Source: Obrimoposthia wandeli (taxonomy: Eukaryota). From it: a stretch of 64,000 nt of DNA. The stretch lies in the NCBI GenBank assembly GCA_977020255.1, contig CDROCS010000122.1:124001-188000 (forward strand), written 5' to 3'. The position numbers and the translations under genes are program-made. Positions 29,798 to 40,186 of the stretch are shown one piece after another; within the stretch, counting starts at the first letter, position 1, and every line of letters starts with the position of its first letter. The notes beneath the pieces were generated by a model. It was not told where the DNA came from. It saw only the letters and a list, made by a program, of their open reading frames with translations, and ran no database searches.

Positions 29798-31894
29798 TTA
29801 ATTACCAACCGCATTCACAATGCGTATTTGCTTCTCATCAGGCACTTCTTGATAAGACAGCACGCGCAAGCTTGGTATTGTATTTTTAACAAACTTAGCA
29901 AGTGTTGAACGTAAGACACCAGAAGTCAGTAATACTGCAGGCTCCCCTTTCAACTCTTGCTGTTGCGTTGCTTCAGTCAGTGAACGTTGAAGTCGTTCAG
30001 CTAAACCAGGTTCAATACCTGACGATTCACCACCAGCAGATTGCATTGTTTTATGCAAAATTTGTTCCAACTCTGGGACTAATGTAATCACTGGTAATTC
30101 AAGTTCTATACCATTGATTTCTTGTACGATTAAACGTTTTAAGCCAATTCTAACCGCTGCTGTCAAAATGTCAGGATCTTGACTCTTTGATGAATACTCC
30201 GACAATGTCTGAATAATTGTTCGAATATCGCGGACAGGAATTGCCTCATTCAGCAAGTTTTGCATCACTTTAACCACCGCGCCTAACGGCAACTGATCCG
30301 GCACAAAACCATCAACCAGTTTCGGTGTTGATCTACCTAGCATCTCAAGTAGGTTTTGTACTTCTTCATGTCCGAGTAACTGTGATGCACTATTGGTCAA
30401 GATTTGACTTAAATGTGTTGCTAATACCGTTGCTGAATCAACAACGGTATAACCTAATGCTTGCGCATGCTCGCGCTGTGATTCCATGATCCATACCGCT
30501 TCTAATCCAAAAGCGGGATCGGTGGTTCTCTCGCCATCAATCGTACCAAACACCTGTCCTGGGTTAATTGCCAACTCCATATTGGGGTGAATATTGGCTT
30601 CGCCACATGCAACACCCATTAAGCTGATACGATAACTATTCGGTGGCAACTCTAAATTATCGCGAATGTGCACTGGAGGTATAAGAAATCCAAAATCTTG
30701 TGATAGTTTTTTACGCACCCCTTTCACTCGATCAAGCAACTCTCCGCCTTGTTCTTTATCAACCATAGGAATTAAGCGGTAACCCACTTCAAGCCCGACA
30801 ATGTCGATCGGTTGAACATCATCCCATGAAAGATCTTTCTGCGAAGTTTGCTGTGCCAATTCTGTGGATGGTGCTTCTTTTTCAATAAGCGCTTCTCGTT
30901 TTTCTTTCTTCATCCGCCAATAAGCGAAACCACCGATCATGGCCGCTAATAACAAGAAGGGTATATGCGGCATGCCGGGTACGATACCCATTACAAATAA
31001 AATACCGCCAGTCACAATCAACGCTTGCGGATTATTGAACAACTGAAAATACAGTTGCTCCCCCATATCTTCGTCAGTATTTTGACGGGTCACCATCATT
31101 GCCGCACCAATCGACAGTAACAGTGATGGTATTTGAGCGACTAACCCATCACCAATGGTCAGCAAGCTATATATTTGAATGGCTTCACCAAATGGTAAGT
31201 CATGTTGCACCATACCAATGATCAATCCACCAATAATATTGATGCAAAGAATCAAGATACCCGCAATGGCATCACCTTTTACAAATTTCGACGCACCATC
31301 CATCGAACCGTAAAAATCGGCTTCTTTTGTCACTTCGAAACGTCGGGTTCGCGCTTGATCTTGATCGATTAGCCCTGCATTCAAATCCGCATCAATCGCC
31401 ATCTGTTTACCGGGTAAAGCATCCAAGGTAAAACGCGCGCTCACTTCTGAAATACGCCCTGCACCTTTCGTCACAACCATGAAGTTAATGATCATCAAAA
31501 TAAGGAATACAACCAAACCAACCGCGTAGTTTCCGCCTATCACGACTGAACCAAATGCATCGATCACTTGCCCTGCCGCATCAGGGCCTTCATGACCATA
31601 GAGTAAAACAACTCGGGTCGAGGCTACGTTAAGGGCTAATCGCAACAAAGTGGCAATCAACAGTACAGTTGGAAATGCAGCAAAGTCGAGTGGACGGCGG
31701 GTATAAATAGTAACCAGCAACACCACCAGCGATAGTGCGATATTAAAAGAAAATGCCATATCCAATAGCATTGGAGGCATCGGCAAGATAATCATTGCCA
31801 ATGTTGCCAATACCATGAATGGTGCGCCTACTGCAGGCAAAGACTGTAACCGGGATAACGGTAATTTATCCAAAAATGGTAGCGATAGTTTCAT
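29798..31894 (-). CDS. flhA: Flagellar export gate protein
   Basis: FHIPEP motifs RFTLDALPGKQMAIDADL and DFYGSMDGASKFVKGDA. Confidence 0.98.
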   Translation of the reverse strand: MKLSLPFLDKLPLSRLQSLPAVGAPFMVLATLAMIILPMPPMLLDMAFSFNIALSLVVLLVTIYTRRPLDFAAFPTVLLIATLLRLALNVASTRVVLLYGHEGPDAAGQVIDAFGSVVIGGNYAVGLVVFLILMIINFMVVTKGAGRISEVSARFTLDALPGKQMAIDADLNAGLIDQDQARTRRFEVTKEADFYGSMDGASKFVKGDAIAGILILCINIIGGLIIGMVQHDLPFGEAIQIYSLLTIGDGLVAQIPSLLLSIGAAMMVTRQNTDEDMGEQLYFQLFNNPQALIVTGGILFVMGIVPGMPHIPFLLLAAMIGGFAYWRMKKEKREALIEKEAPSTELAQQTSQKDLSWDDVQPIDIVGLEVGYRLIPMVDKEQGGELLDRVKGVRKKLSQDFGFLIPPVHIRDNLELPPNSYRISLMGVACGEANIHPNMELAINPGQVFGTIDGERTTDPAFGLEAVWIMESQREHAQALGYTVVDSATVLATHLSQILTNSASQLLGHEEVQNLLEMLGRSTPKLVDGFVPDQLPLGAVVKVMQNLLNEAIPVRDIRTIIQTLSEYSSKSQDPDILTAAVRIGLKRLIVQEINGIELELPVITLVPELEQILHKTMQSAGGESSGIEPGLAERLQRSLTEATQQQELKGEPAVLLTSGVLRSTLAKFVKNTIPSLRVLSYQEVPDEKQIRIVNAVGN

Positions 31895-31979
31895 GAAATC
31901 TTAATTTTTCAACACGGCACACATGACAATAGTGGCTCAGATTAATGTATTCGAGCGACCAGAAAGAATAACTATCGAA

Positions 31980-31994
31980 GCAAGAATCATGCCC
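31980..31994 (-). promoter_or_regulatory. sigma54 promoter of flhA
   Basis: Minus strand GGGCAT-GATTC-TTGC with correct -24/-12 spacing. Confidence 0.75.
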
Positions 31995-32002
31995 ATATAA
32001 TT

Positions 32003-32016
32003 GTCATTTTTTTGAC
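32003..32016. promoter_or_regulatory. Putative FlrA (FleQ-type) box
   Basis: GTCA-TTTTTT-TGAC palindrome 8 bp upstream of the -24. Confidence 0.55.
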
Positions 32017-32186
32017 GCCAATGGAGGTTAACAGATATTTATATAAGCGATTAAAAAAGGAGTGTATTTTGTGATTATTGCCATTATTTATAACATTATA
32101 AGTTACCGCGTAAATTAAAAAAGTCCTAAAGCGAACATTATTTAATCAATATACCCAATCAGACTCATAACCAAGATATCCCCCCT

Positions 32187-33323
32187 TTAATGACGTAGTT
32201 CCGGCGGGATTGTCATGGCTTCTTTTGCCAACTTAGGCCGCTGCCCTTGCCCTTTTCGATATTGCTTCAATTGGAAAATAAACGCTAACACCTGAGCAAC
32301 CGCGACAAATAATCCATCTGGAATATGTTGTTCTAACTCAGTGGTATGATAAATGGCACGTGCCAACGGCGGTGCTGGCACAATATCGATATTGTGTTTA
32401 TTCGCGATTTCCCGGATTTTCAACGCAGTATGATCCACACCTTTGGCAATAACTATGGGGGCTGAATCGAGTTTAGGATCATAACGTAGCGCAACAGAAA
32501 AGTGCTCTGGGTTCGTGATAATAACATCTGCTTGAGGCACATCTGCCATCATTCGACGCTGTGCCATTTCACGCTGAAGCATACGAATACGCCCTTTTAC
32601 TTCAGGCTTACCCTCGGTATCTTTGTATTCGTCTTTCACTTCTTGCTTGGTCATTTTTAATTGTTCATTATGCTGCCAAATTTGATACGGCACATCAATC
32701 ACAACAATCACCAGTAATGAACAACAAATCAATAAGATAAACTGCATCAAAATATCGAGCGCATGAAAGATATTAGAAGGGTAAATTTCCATACCCAATA
32801 ATAAAAAGTCGTTCAAACTTGAAGACATTAGGTGAGCTGCAACACCCGCAACCAACAAAACCTTAAGAATTGATTTAATGAGTTCAACCCAACTTTGCAT
32901 GCCAAACATGCGCTTAAATCCGCTCATCGGATTCATTTTTGACAGTTTTGGCATTGCCGCCTCAGCAGAAAAGCTAACGCCACCTAAGCCAGCTGCACCA
33001 ATAAGTGCCGCTACAAATAGAACGATCAATACCAAACCAAGCGGTAAAACGACATTCCATATTGCAGTGAGTATAATTAAAAATAATTTGCTTAAATCGT
33101 AAATTTCTTCACGACTAAGCGAAAACATTTGTGCCATGACTTCAGATAATGCTTTACCCAGCCCTTCGCCGAACCACATAAGTGAAACAGCCCCCATCAC
33201 TAATACAGCAACAGACGCTAATTCTTTGGAACGTGCCACTTGCCCTTTTTCTCGAGCTTGATCGAGCTTTCTGGCCGTGGCGTCTTCGGTACGTTCCTGC
33301 CCATCAGACTCAGCCATCAGCAA
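32187..33323 (-). CDS. flhB: Flagellar export specificity switch
   Basis: EGKPEVKGRIR and autocleavage motif NPEH. Confidence 0.97.
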   Translation of the reverse strand: MLMAESDGQERTEDATARKLDQAREKGQVARSKELASVAVLVMGAVSLMWFGEGLGKALSEVMAQMFSLSREEIYDLSKLFLIILTAIWNVVLPLGLVLIVLFVAALIGAAGLGGVSFSAEAAMPKLSKMNPMSGFKRMFGMQSWVELIKSILKVLLVAGVAAHLMSSSLNDFLLLGMEIYPSNIFHALDILMQFILLICCSLLVIVVIDVPYQIWQHNEQLKMTKQEVKDEYKDTEGKPEVKGRIRMLQREMAQRRMMADVPQADVIITNPEHFSVALRYDPKLDSAPIVIAKGVDHTALKIREIANKHNIDIVPAPPLARAIYHTTELEQHIPDGLFVAVAQVLAFIFQLKQYRKGQGQRPKLAKEAMTIPPELRH

Positions 33324-34099
33324 TCCACCCTAATCAGGCTACAGATCTGCTGAAAACCAAAGTTCCAAGCATGCTCATACTGAGGCAGCATTCCCATAAC
33401 CAAATACCAACTGATTAATAAACCCAGCAGCAATGCAAATGAAAAACCTAATGCAAAGATATTTAACTGTGGTGCAGCTCGCGTCATTACGCCAAACGAT
33501 AAGTTTACCGTCAACAAAGCAATAACACCGGCTAATGCCATGTTAAGTGCCCCTTTAAACATATGACCAAACCAACCCGCCAATTGGTAATAATCATCAG
33601 GGCGAAACATTTCTTGCCCTATCGGCAATGTTTTAAAACTCAGTACGATAACATTTAGCATTTCAAGGTGACCATCTGTTGCCAAGAACAGCATGATTGC
33701 AAGAAACAGATAAAGCTGACCAAGCACAGGTGTATTCTGGCCATTAGCCGGATCAACCATGGATGCAAAACCTAAACTAGACTGCATACCCAATATTTGC
33801 CCAACCAAGACAAAGGTTTGTGTCACAAATTGCGTCACTAACCCAATGGATACACCAATAACAATTTGTTGCGCCGTGATTAAAAAGCCCGGCAAAGACA
33901 ATAATTCAATGTTAGCTGGCACTGCGGGTAAGGCAGGCATCACCGCAAAAGTAACGGTTAAACCAAGATACAAACGAATTTTAGGCGAGACAAAACGGGC
34001 ACCAAAAAACGTCATTGTCATCATCATCGATGAAATGCGCGTAAAGGGCCAAAAATAATTAGCAAACCAATCGAGTATGAGTGCTGACGGGTAAGCCAT
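33317..34099 (-). CDS. fliR: Flagellar export protein
   Basis: GMQSSLGFA, FLATDGH and RAAPQLNIF. Confidence 0.96.
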   Translation of the reverse strand: MAYPSALILDWFANYFWPFTRISSMMMTMTFFGARFVSPKIRLYLGLTVTFAVMPALPAVPANIELLSLPGFLITAQQIVIGVSIGLVTQFVTQTFVLVGQILGMQSSLGFASMVDPANGQNTPVLGQLYLFLAIMLFLATDGHLEMLNVIVLSFKTLPIGQEMFRPDDYYQLAGWFGHMFKGALNMALAGVIALLTVNLSFGVMTRAAPQLNIFALGFSFALLLGLLISWYLVMGMLPQYEHAWNFGFQQICSLIRVDC

Positions 34100-34156
34100 T
34101 GTTACAGGTAAGCCATTGTTATAAATAAACCATTGTTATAGATAAACCACAGGTTA
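34088..34156. repeat. 17 bp tandem repeat x4 spanning the fliR start codon
   Basis: cgggtaagccattgtta / caggtaagccattgtta / taaataaaccattgtta / tagataaaccacaggtta. Confidence 0.85.
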
Positions 34157-34185
34157 TGCGTAATCCAAAAAAATCATAAGCAACG

Positions 34186-34455
34186 CTAATATAAAAGTTG
34201 GGGGATACGATCTATGATGCGAAAAAAATAATCCATCAGCATCCCTGTCATCATATGCCCAAAAAACATCAACGCTAATAAGGTCACAATTAATCGGGGC
34301 AAGAAACTTAATGTTTGTTCGTTGATAGAGGTGGCCGCTTGGAAAACGGCAACGACTAGACCAATTAATAAACCAGGCACAACAATGGCACACACCATGA
34401 TAAGTACCATAAACAAAGCTTCTTGAAATATTTCGACAAACGCTTCAGGTGTCAT
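34186..34455 (-). CDS. fliQ: Flagellar export protein
   Basis: FQAATSINEQTLSFLPR. Confidence 0.97.
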   Translation of the reverse strand: MTPEAFVEIFQEALFMVLIMVCAIVVPGLLIGLVVAVFQAATSINEQTLSFLPRLIVTLLALMFFGHMMTGMLMDYFFRIIDRIPQLLY

Positions 34456-34517
34456 AACACTTCCTTTTAGATTCGATACTCAATAAGAAACCAGATGCAT
34501 CAATAAACATCTAACAA

Positions 34518-35372
34518 CTAAGTACCAAAACTTCCCGCCAACGTGGTCAAGATAAGGTTCCAGCCATCAACTAGAACAAACAACATTAACTTAAAGGGTA
34601 ACGATACGATCATCGGTGACAACATCATCATACCCATTGCCATCAAGACAGATGCAACAACAAGGTCAATGATCAAAAAAGGTAAAAACAACATAAATCC
34701 AATCTGAAATGCTGTTTTCAATTCAGAAGTAATAAACGCAGGAATCAATACCGTAATCGGCACATCTTCGGGTGCAGTCGCTGTTGAACCTGACATATTA
34801 ACGAAACTTTCTAAGTCTTTAACACGTGTTTGTTTGAGCATAAATTGGCGTAATGGCACTTGGGCTGTTTCAAATGCCTGCACAGCGGTAATTTCTTCAT
34901 TGATATAGGGCTGAATAGCATCAGCATTTATCTTATCGATGACTGGCGACATCACAAAGAATGTAATAAACAGTGTAATACCAATAATAACCTGATTCGA
35001 TGGCGTTTGTTGTAAACCCATCGCTTGTCGAAGAATGGATAACACCACGACAATACGTGTAAATGAAGTCATCAAAATAACAATGGCAGGTAGAAAACCC
35101 AATGCCGTCATTAAACCGAGGATCTGCAAAGTTACCGAATAATCTTCGCCGCCATCAGGATTAGTGGTGACAGAAAAAGCAGGAATACCACCACGACTTG
35201 CAGATTGAATAAAGCTCGCTGCGCCTTGATCGTTTTGCATGCTACTCACGGTTACGCTTTCACTGGCTGACGTCGCAGGCAGTATCATTGCATCTGCTTC
35301 TGCCATTACAGGTAAACTGACAAAGAAAGCAAAAGCTACCAGAACAACAGCAATAAGGTTATTTTTTATCAT
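34518..35372 (-). CDS. fliP: Flagellar export protein
   Basis: [22 protein letters not shown] and [11 protein letters not shown]. Confidence 0.97.
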   Translation of the reverse strand: MIKNNLIAVVLVAFAFFVSLPVMAEADAMILPATSASESVTVSSMQNDQGAASFIQSASRGGIPAFSVTTNPDGGEDYSVTLQILGLMTALGFLPAIVILMTSFTRIVVVLSILRQAMGLQQTPSNQVIIGITLFITFFVMSPVIDKINADAIQPYINEEITAVQAFETAQVPLRQFMLKQTRVKDLESFVNMSGSTATAPEDVPITVLIPAFITSELKTAFQIGFMLFLPFLIIDLVVASVLMAMGMMMLSPMIVSLPFKLMLFVLVDGWNLILTTLAGSFGT

Positions 35373-35763
35373 TGGTCTTTAATAATTTACTTAAGTGGTT
35401 CGCAAAATCACCACTCGGCTGTGCATCCATAGCCAAAGGCTGTGCCAATTTCGTTAGTAAAGAAATATTGTGCTGAGTAACACCAACCAATAATTGCTCT
35501 TCACCAACTTGTAATAAAACAATACGTTCGCGCTGCCCTATGGGGAGCTGCTTCAGGACCTTAAGTGCCCCATCAGCCCCTTGAATACCTGGCAACTTCA
35601 TGCGTTTTAGTAACCAAGCTAAAAAAACAATTAAAATAACCACCAACACTAATGAGGCTAATGTCGTGGCTATATTCATGTCGGGAGCCACAGAGGCAGC
35701 CAAAGCAGGCACAGTGAAAACGATCAAGCAAAAGCTGACCAATGCTAAAAAAGGGGATTTCAT
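35359..35763 (-). CDS. fliO: Flagellar protein FliO
   Basis: TM segment plus [13 protein letters not shown]; lies between fliN and fliP. Confidence 0.9.
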   Translation of the reverse strand: MKSPFLALVSFCLIVFTVPALAASVAPDMNIATTLASLVLVVILIVFLAWLLKRMKLPGIQGADGALKVLKQLPIGQRERIVLLQVGEEQLLVGVTQHNISLLTKLAQPLAMDAQPSGDFANHLSKLLKTNDKK

Positions 35764-35771
35764 AACAAACC

Positions 35772-36161
35772 TTAACGTAATTTCTTAATGCGCTCTGTCT
35801 GGCTAATGACATCGGTAAGACGAATACCGAACTTATCATTCACGACAACAACTTCACCATGCGCTATCAATGTACCGTTCACCATAACATCCAATGGCTC
35901 ACCCGCAATGCGGTCAAGCTCAACAACGGAACCTTGGTTCAATTGCAGCAGATTACGAATACTAATTTGAGTGCGCCCTACTTCCATTGAAATAGTAACC
36001 GGAATGTCCATGATCGTATCAAGTTTACGACGTTCATCGTCCGTAATCGGCGTACTTTCATCAACAAGCTCTTCTAAAGGTGCGGGTTGTGCACCGTCGA
36101 CAGTTTGCTCAGCAAGTGCCGCAGCCCAATCATCGGCCATTTGTTGATCATTCTGAGACAT
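35772..36161 (-). CDS. fliN: C-ring switch protein
   Basis: SpoA domain DIPVTISMEVG...GEVVVVNDKFGIR. Confidence 0.97.
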   Translation of the reverse strand: MSQNDQQMADDWAAALAEQTVDGAQPAPLEELVDESTPITDDERRKLDTIMDIPVTISMEVGRTQISIRNLLQLNQGSVVELDRIAGEPLDVMVNGTLIAHGEVVVVNDKFGIRLTDVISQTERIKKLR

Positions 36162-36178
36162 AATATTACCTATGTTTT

Positions 36179-37225
36179 TTAATCGTCTGATTTATTAATA
36201 TTGAGTAACGCAGCGCCAAGTTCATCACGGTCTAGAAATGCTAAATCCGTTTTCACCATATCTGGTCGCTTGAGTTTTTCCGTAATTTTTAAGGCGATAT
36301 TATCACCCGATTTACCCATTTTGGCACGATAAGACGGTAGATCTTCCACGAATACTGTTGCCGATTCAGGTACATCAATCGGAATAATATCGCCAGCTTG
36401 TAATTCCATTAAATCGCGTAAGGATAAATCGACATCCAATAATTTAGCACGAAGATTCACCGGTACATCCATGATCTCATCACGTAGCGCCATACTCCAA
36501 CGGACATCGGTGTCCATCTTGTCACTTTGAACACCTGCATCTAACAATTCGCGGATCGGTTCGACCATTGAATACGGCATAACAACATGGAAATCACCCC
36601 CGCCGCCATCGACTTCTATATGGAAAGAGCTCACCACAATAACTTCTGTTGGGCTCACGATGTTAGCCATAGTTGGGTTAACTTCTGAGTCTAAATACTC
36701 GAATTCAACGCCCATAACGGGAGACCACGCTTCACGGTAATCTTCAAATACTAATTTCAGTAACATTTGTACAATTCGCCGCTCTGTTGGCGTAAATTCA
36801 CGTCCTTCAATTTTGGCGTGAAAGCGACCATCACCACCAAAAAAGTTTTCTACTAAAATAAACACTAAACGTGCTTCCATGGTAATCAATGCCGTGCCTT
36901 TTAAAGGACGGAATCGCACCATGTTTAAACTTGTAGGGACATACAGCGTATTTTGGTATTCACCAAATTTGATCATTTGCACGCCGTTAATCGACACCTC
37001 AGCGGTTTTACGCAGCATGTTAAACAAGCTGATCCGCATATGACGAGCAAAACGTTCATTGATCAATTCCAGCGTAGGCATTCGACCACGGACAATACGG
37101 TCCTGTGACGAAAAATCGAACGATGATACTCCCGTATCACTTAGGCCATGTTCATCGTCATCTTCTACGTCATCAACACCGTGTAAAAGGGCGTCGATTT
37201 CATCTTGAGTTAATAAGTCACTCAC
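36179..37225 (-). CDS. fliM: C-ring switch protein
   Basis: N-terminal CheY-binding peptide LLTQDEIDALL; GTG start. Confidence 0.97.
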   Translation of the reverse strand: MSDLLTQDEIDALLHGVDDVEDDDEHGLSDTGVSSFDFSSQDRIVRGRMPTLELINERFARHMRISLFNMLRKTAEVSINGVQMIKFGEYQNTLYVPTSLNMVRFRPLKGTALITMEARLVFILVENFFGGDGRFHAKIEGREFTPTERRIVQMLLKLVFEDYREAWSPVMGVEFEYLDSEVNPTMANIVSPTEVIVVSSFHIEVDGGGGDFHVVMPYSMVEPIRELLDAGVQSDKMDTDVRWSMALRDEIMDVPVNLRAKLLDVDLSLRDLMELQAGDIIPIDVPESATVFVEDLPSYRAKMGKSGDNIALKITEKLKRPDMVKTDLAFLDRDELGAALLNINKSDD

Positions 37226-37232
37226 ATTTAAC

Positions 37233-37724
37233 CTACTGCATTACGAAGCCAGTAAATAGCACACGATCGACTACTTGCTGGCCAGAGATTTTTTCCATCG
37301 TAGATTGAATAGCAAATAATGCCTGCTTACGTAAATCAATACGGCCATTTGGTGTACGTAACTGCTCGACAGTTGCGGCACCGAATGATTGCAATAATGT
37401 ACTTTCAATCAACGGTATATGTTGCTGTGCGAGAGCTTCATTGTTGTTACCACGCACCATTATCTGAACTTTGACTTGCACGACACGATCACGCTTGTCA
37501 CCCATCACATTAAAAATAAAGGGTTGCGGCATGATGACATAATACGCAGGCTCGTCCACTGCCGAAGCTGGTTGGTTTGCTGATGCCGCCATCTCGGGTT
37601 CAGGTGTGTCATCACCCATAAAAAGCCATGCTGCTACCCCAACACCAATCAAAAGCGTTACAGCCAATGCAATCAGAATAAAAAGCTTTTTTTTACTTCC
37701 CGTATTTTCAACACCATCAGCCAT
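37233..37724 (-). CDS. fliL: Flagellar basal body protein
   Basis: N-terminal TM segment and C-terminal VLFTGFVMQ. Confidence 0.93.
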   Translation of the reverse strand: MADGVENTGSKKKLFILIALAVTLLIGVGVAAWLFMGDDTPEPEMAASANQPASAVDEPAYYVIMPQPFIFNVMGDKRDRVVQVKVQIMVRGNNNEALAQQHIPLIESTLLQSFGAATVEQLRTPNGRIDLRKQALFAIQSTMEKISGQQVVDRVLFTGFVMQ

Positions 37725-37806
37725 TCGTTTTTCTATCCTTACTTTGAAATCAGCTTTAATTCATAGATTATTTTATATCGATACCCTAGGTAGCGATTCT
37801 AACGCA

Positions 37807-39564
37807 TTAAGCATAATAGTCGACACTATCATCCGCAGGTTTCACATACATATCGACAGTTTCGCCTCCCGACATAAAGTTATCATCGTGGTTATCAGCA
37901 CCAGCTTGAGCACCGTTACCTGAATGATTGCCAGATTGCTGTGCACCCGAACCATTTTGATTTTGCTGACCAGACTGCCCTGAAAACGCCTGACGTGATG
38001 CATCTTGATGCACTGAGTTTTGTGCTAATTGTAAGCCTTGTTGGTGTAACATTTCGCGCAACCTTGGCATTGAATGTTCAACTAAATCACGGGTTTGCTG
38101 GTTACCTACGGTAAATTGAACAGATGCCTGATCTTGGTTAAGCGACAATCTAATTTGTAATTTGCCAAGTTCAGGTGGATCAAGTCGAATATCAACATGC
38201 TTTAAGTTTTTCGACAGCATCATATTGATACGTTCTGAAACCTGATCACCAGCTTGCTCTTTAGATAGCTGCAGCGGTGACTGTGCTTGGGCTAATGCTT
38301 CACTTTTTGCCTGCGTATTCAAACCACTTTGCTGCCCACTCAAGCTACTGAGCTGTTGAGAAAAATCATTTGTTTTATTATCGGTATTCGCCGTCGTGTT
38401 AGTTAACGCACTGTCTATACCTGTCGCCAACCCTGAATTAGCACTGGCACTGTTTATTTCTTTCGATTGAGTTCCATCTGTATTTTCGGTATCCGTTATA
38501 GCCGCTGCGGCACCTGCGATACCTGCACCCGCAATACCCATTCCCGCTCCCATCGCTGAATGACTAGCAAGCGTTGAGGCTACAGCCTCTGTTGGACTAG
38601 CGACAGGCGCTGCTGCTGCCCCAGATGAAGCGCTTGCTACTGAGGGGGATGTCGACCAAGGTATTGCTGATGTAACATTTGCTTCTACGGATGGCGAGGT
38701 ATTTGTTTCAGCCGATTTGGCTTGTTCATTTCCTGGCATCGCCAATACGCCAGCCATAGCAAGCTGACCATTATCAAGTGACGGTACACTCGCAACATCT
38801 GATTTATCGAGCCCATTTTCGGATAATGGAATAGGACCGTCATTTTTTTGACTGTCAATATTAGCACTGGATGATGCAAACACTTTTGCTAACTCATCAT
38901 CACTTAACCCGCTTGAGCCCTGAGTTTCTACCATTTGTTCTTTGGTTGTACTAGGGTTGTTTTTTTGCTGAAGAGTCCCATTTTGAGTTAACGTAACTGA
39001 AGCAGGTAATTCCCCCTCAACATGACTGTCGCTTTTTTGACGGTCAAGTTGAGAGGTTACGGCTTGTTCACCCTCTTCCAGTCTTTGCTGTGGTGGCAAT
39101 AACTTGCCATCTTGCTCACTTGGCGTTGCTAACTGCTTATTCGATACCGATAGCTGGTTAAGAAACGCTTCCCCATCGGTCATTACTTGCTGTTTGGACT
39201 CAACATCAGAAGCGGCGGCATTCTCACTATCAAGAGAAATTTCTTTACTACCTTTAACCTCTAACGCATGTGTTTCATCTGGTTGAATCTTAAGATCAAC
39301 CGTTTGATTATTAGTAATATTTTTATCATCAGATGGTTTTTTCATCATCTCTGTTAAAGGTTTTTTATCGCCCTTAACTGCTGCTTCGTACTCACTCGAA
39401 AAACGATCAGCTTGAGTGCTTTTTTCAGTCGATTTATCTACTGATGACGATTCAGTAACAGTATTATTGGTTACAGAAGCACTTTTAGAAGAACTCGCTG
39501 CGGCAGCGACCTTCGAAGGTGATGCCAAATCTGCTGACAATAAGTTGGACGATTTCATGGCCAC
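37807..39564 (-). CDS. fliK: Hook-length control protein
   Basis: C-terminal domain IRLDPPELG...PRLREML. Start is GTG 39564 or ATG 39558. Confidence 0.92.
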   Translation of the reverse strand: MAMKSSNLLSADLASPSKVAAAASSSKSASVTNNTVTESSSVDKSTEKSTQADRFSSEYEAAVKGDKKPLTEMMKKPSDDKNITNNQTVDLKIQPDETHALEVKGSKEISLDSENAAASDVESKQQVMTDGEAFLNQLSVSNKQLATPSEQDGKLLPPQQRLEEGEQAVTSQLDRQKSDSHVEGELPASVTLTQNGTLQQKNNPSTTKEQMVETQGSSGLSDDELAKVFASSSANIDSQKNDGPIPLSENGLDKSDVASVPSLDNGQLAMAGVLAMPGNEQAKSAETNTSPSVEANVTSAIPWSTSPSVASASSGAAAAPVASPTEAVASTLASHSAMGAGMGIAGAGIAGAAAAITDTENTDGTQSKEINSASANSGLATGIDSALTNTTANTDNKTNDFSQQLSSLSGQQSGLNTQAKSEALAQAQSPLQLSKEQAGDQVSERINMMLSKNLKHVDIRLDPPELGKLQIRLSLNQDQASVQFTVGNQQTRDLVEHSMPRLREMLHQQGLQLAQNSVHQDASRQAFSGQSGQQNQNGSGAQQSGNHSGNGAQAGADNHDDNFMSGGETVDMYVKPADDSVDYYA

Positions 39565-39598
39565 TCGAGATAATGAGAATAACAGTTAGCCATTAAAT

Positions 39599-39613
39599 GC
39601 AAGAATTGCGCCA
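39599..39613 (-). promoter_or_regulatory. sigma54 promoter of fliK
   Basis: Minus strand TGGCGC-AATTC-TTGC. Confidence 0.75.
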
Positions 39614-39615
39614 AA

Positions 39616-39685
39616 TGCTATCGTTATCAAGTGCTATCGTTATCAAGTGCTATCTTATCAAGTGCTATCTTATCAAGTGCCATCT
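39616..39685. repeat. 15-16 bp tandem repeat TGCTATC(G)TTATCAAG x4 plus a degenerate fifth copy
   Basis: Read directly from the fliJ-fliK spacer. Confidence 0.9.
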
Positions 39686-39697
39686 TTATTATGAGGC

Positions 39698-40138
39698 TTA
39701 TAAGTTTCGTCGTGCAAATTGCAGAGTCGAAAATTCATCCATCATTTTCTGCTCTTGTCGGTCGAGCATTTTTTGTCGTTCTGTTTGCTTTTTCTCAAGC
39801 AACCATTCGATTGAACGACGCTTTTTTCTTACTTCATTCCAGTGTTCGCTGCATTGTTCAATTTGAAATTCAAACTGATGCCCTGCTTCTTTTTGTTTCG
39901 CGAGCGTTTCGTCTAACTGAGTAAGAAATTTTTGTAAATGCCCATACGAACTGGCCGTTAAACCTTCCTGCCCACGCGTCGATAGTTGCTTACAATAATC
40001 TAATCGATACTGTTCAATTTGCTGTAACTGTTGTAAGTAATTCTGACGTTCAATACGAGCTTGATTTAGCGCAAGTGAAGCCTGATACTCTTCTTCTTTA
40101 GCGTGCTCTAAAATCAAATTTAATGCGTTATTTGACAT
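39698..40138 (-). CDS. fliJ: Flagellar export chaperone/escort
   Basis: Coiled-coil protein ending EQKMMDEFS; lies after fliI. Confidence 0.92.
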   Translation of the reverse strand: MSNNALNLILEHAKEEEYQASLALNQARIERQNYLQQLQQIEQYRLDYCKQLSTRGQEGLTASSYGHLQKFLTQLDETLAKQKEAGHQFEFQIEQCSEHWNEVRKKRRSIEWLLEKKQTERQKMLDRQEQKMMDEFSTLQFARRNL

Positions 40139-40145
40139 AATAATT

Positions 40146-40181
40146 CCAACTAACTATACCAATCCAACTAACCGTACCAAT
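40146..40181. repeat. 18 bp tandem duplication in the fliI-fliJ spacer
   Basis: CCAACTAACTATACCAAT / CCAACTAACCGTACCAAT. Confidence 0.8.
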
Positions 40182-40186
40182 CTAGC

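Noticed and set aside
32150-32180. TATACCCAATCAGAC after flhB, resembling an ERIC/MITE end
   Set aside because: No matching GGGTATA end or inverted repeat nearby; at most a remnant.
39631-39924. ORF MLSLSSAILSSAILSSAI with apparent peptide repeats
   Set aside because: It is a translation of the 15-16 bp tandem repeat plus antisense fliJ.
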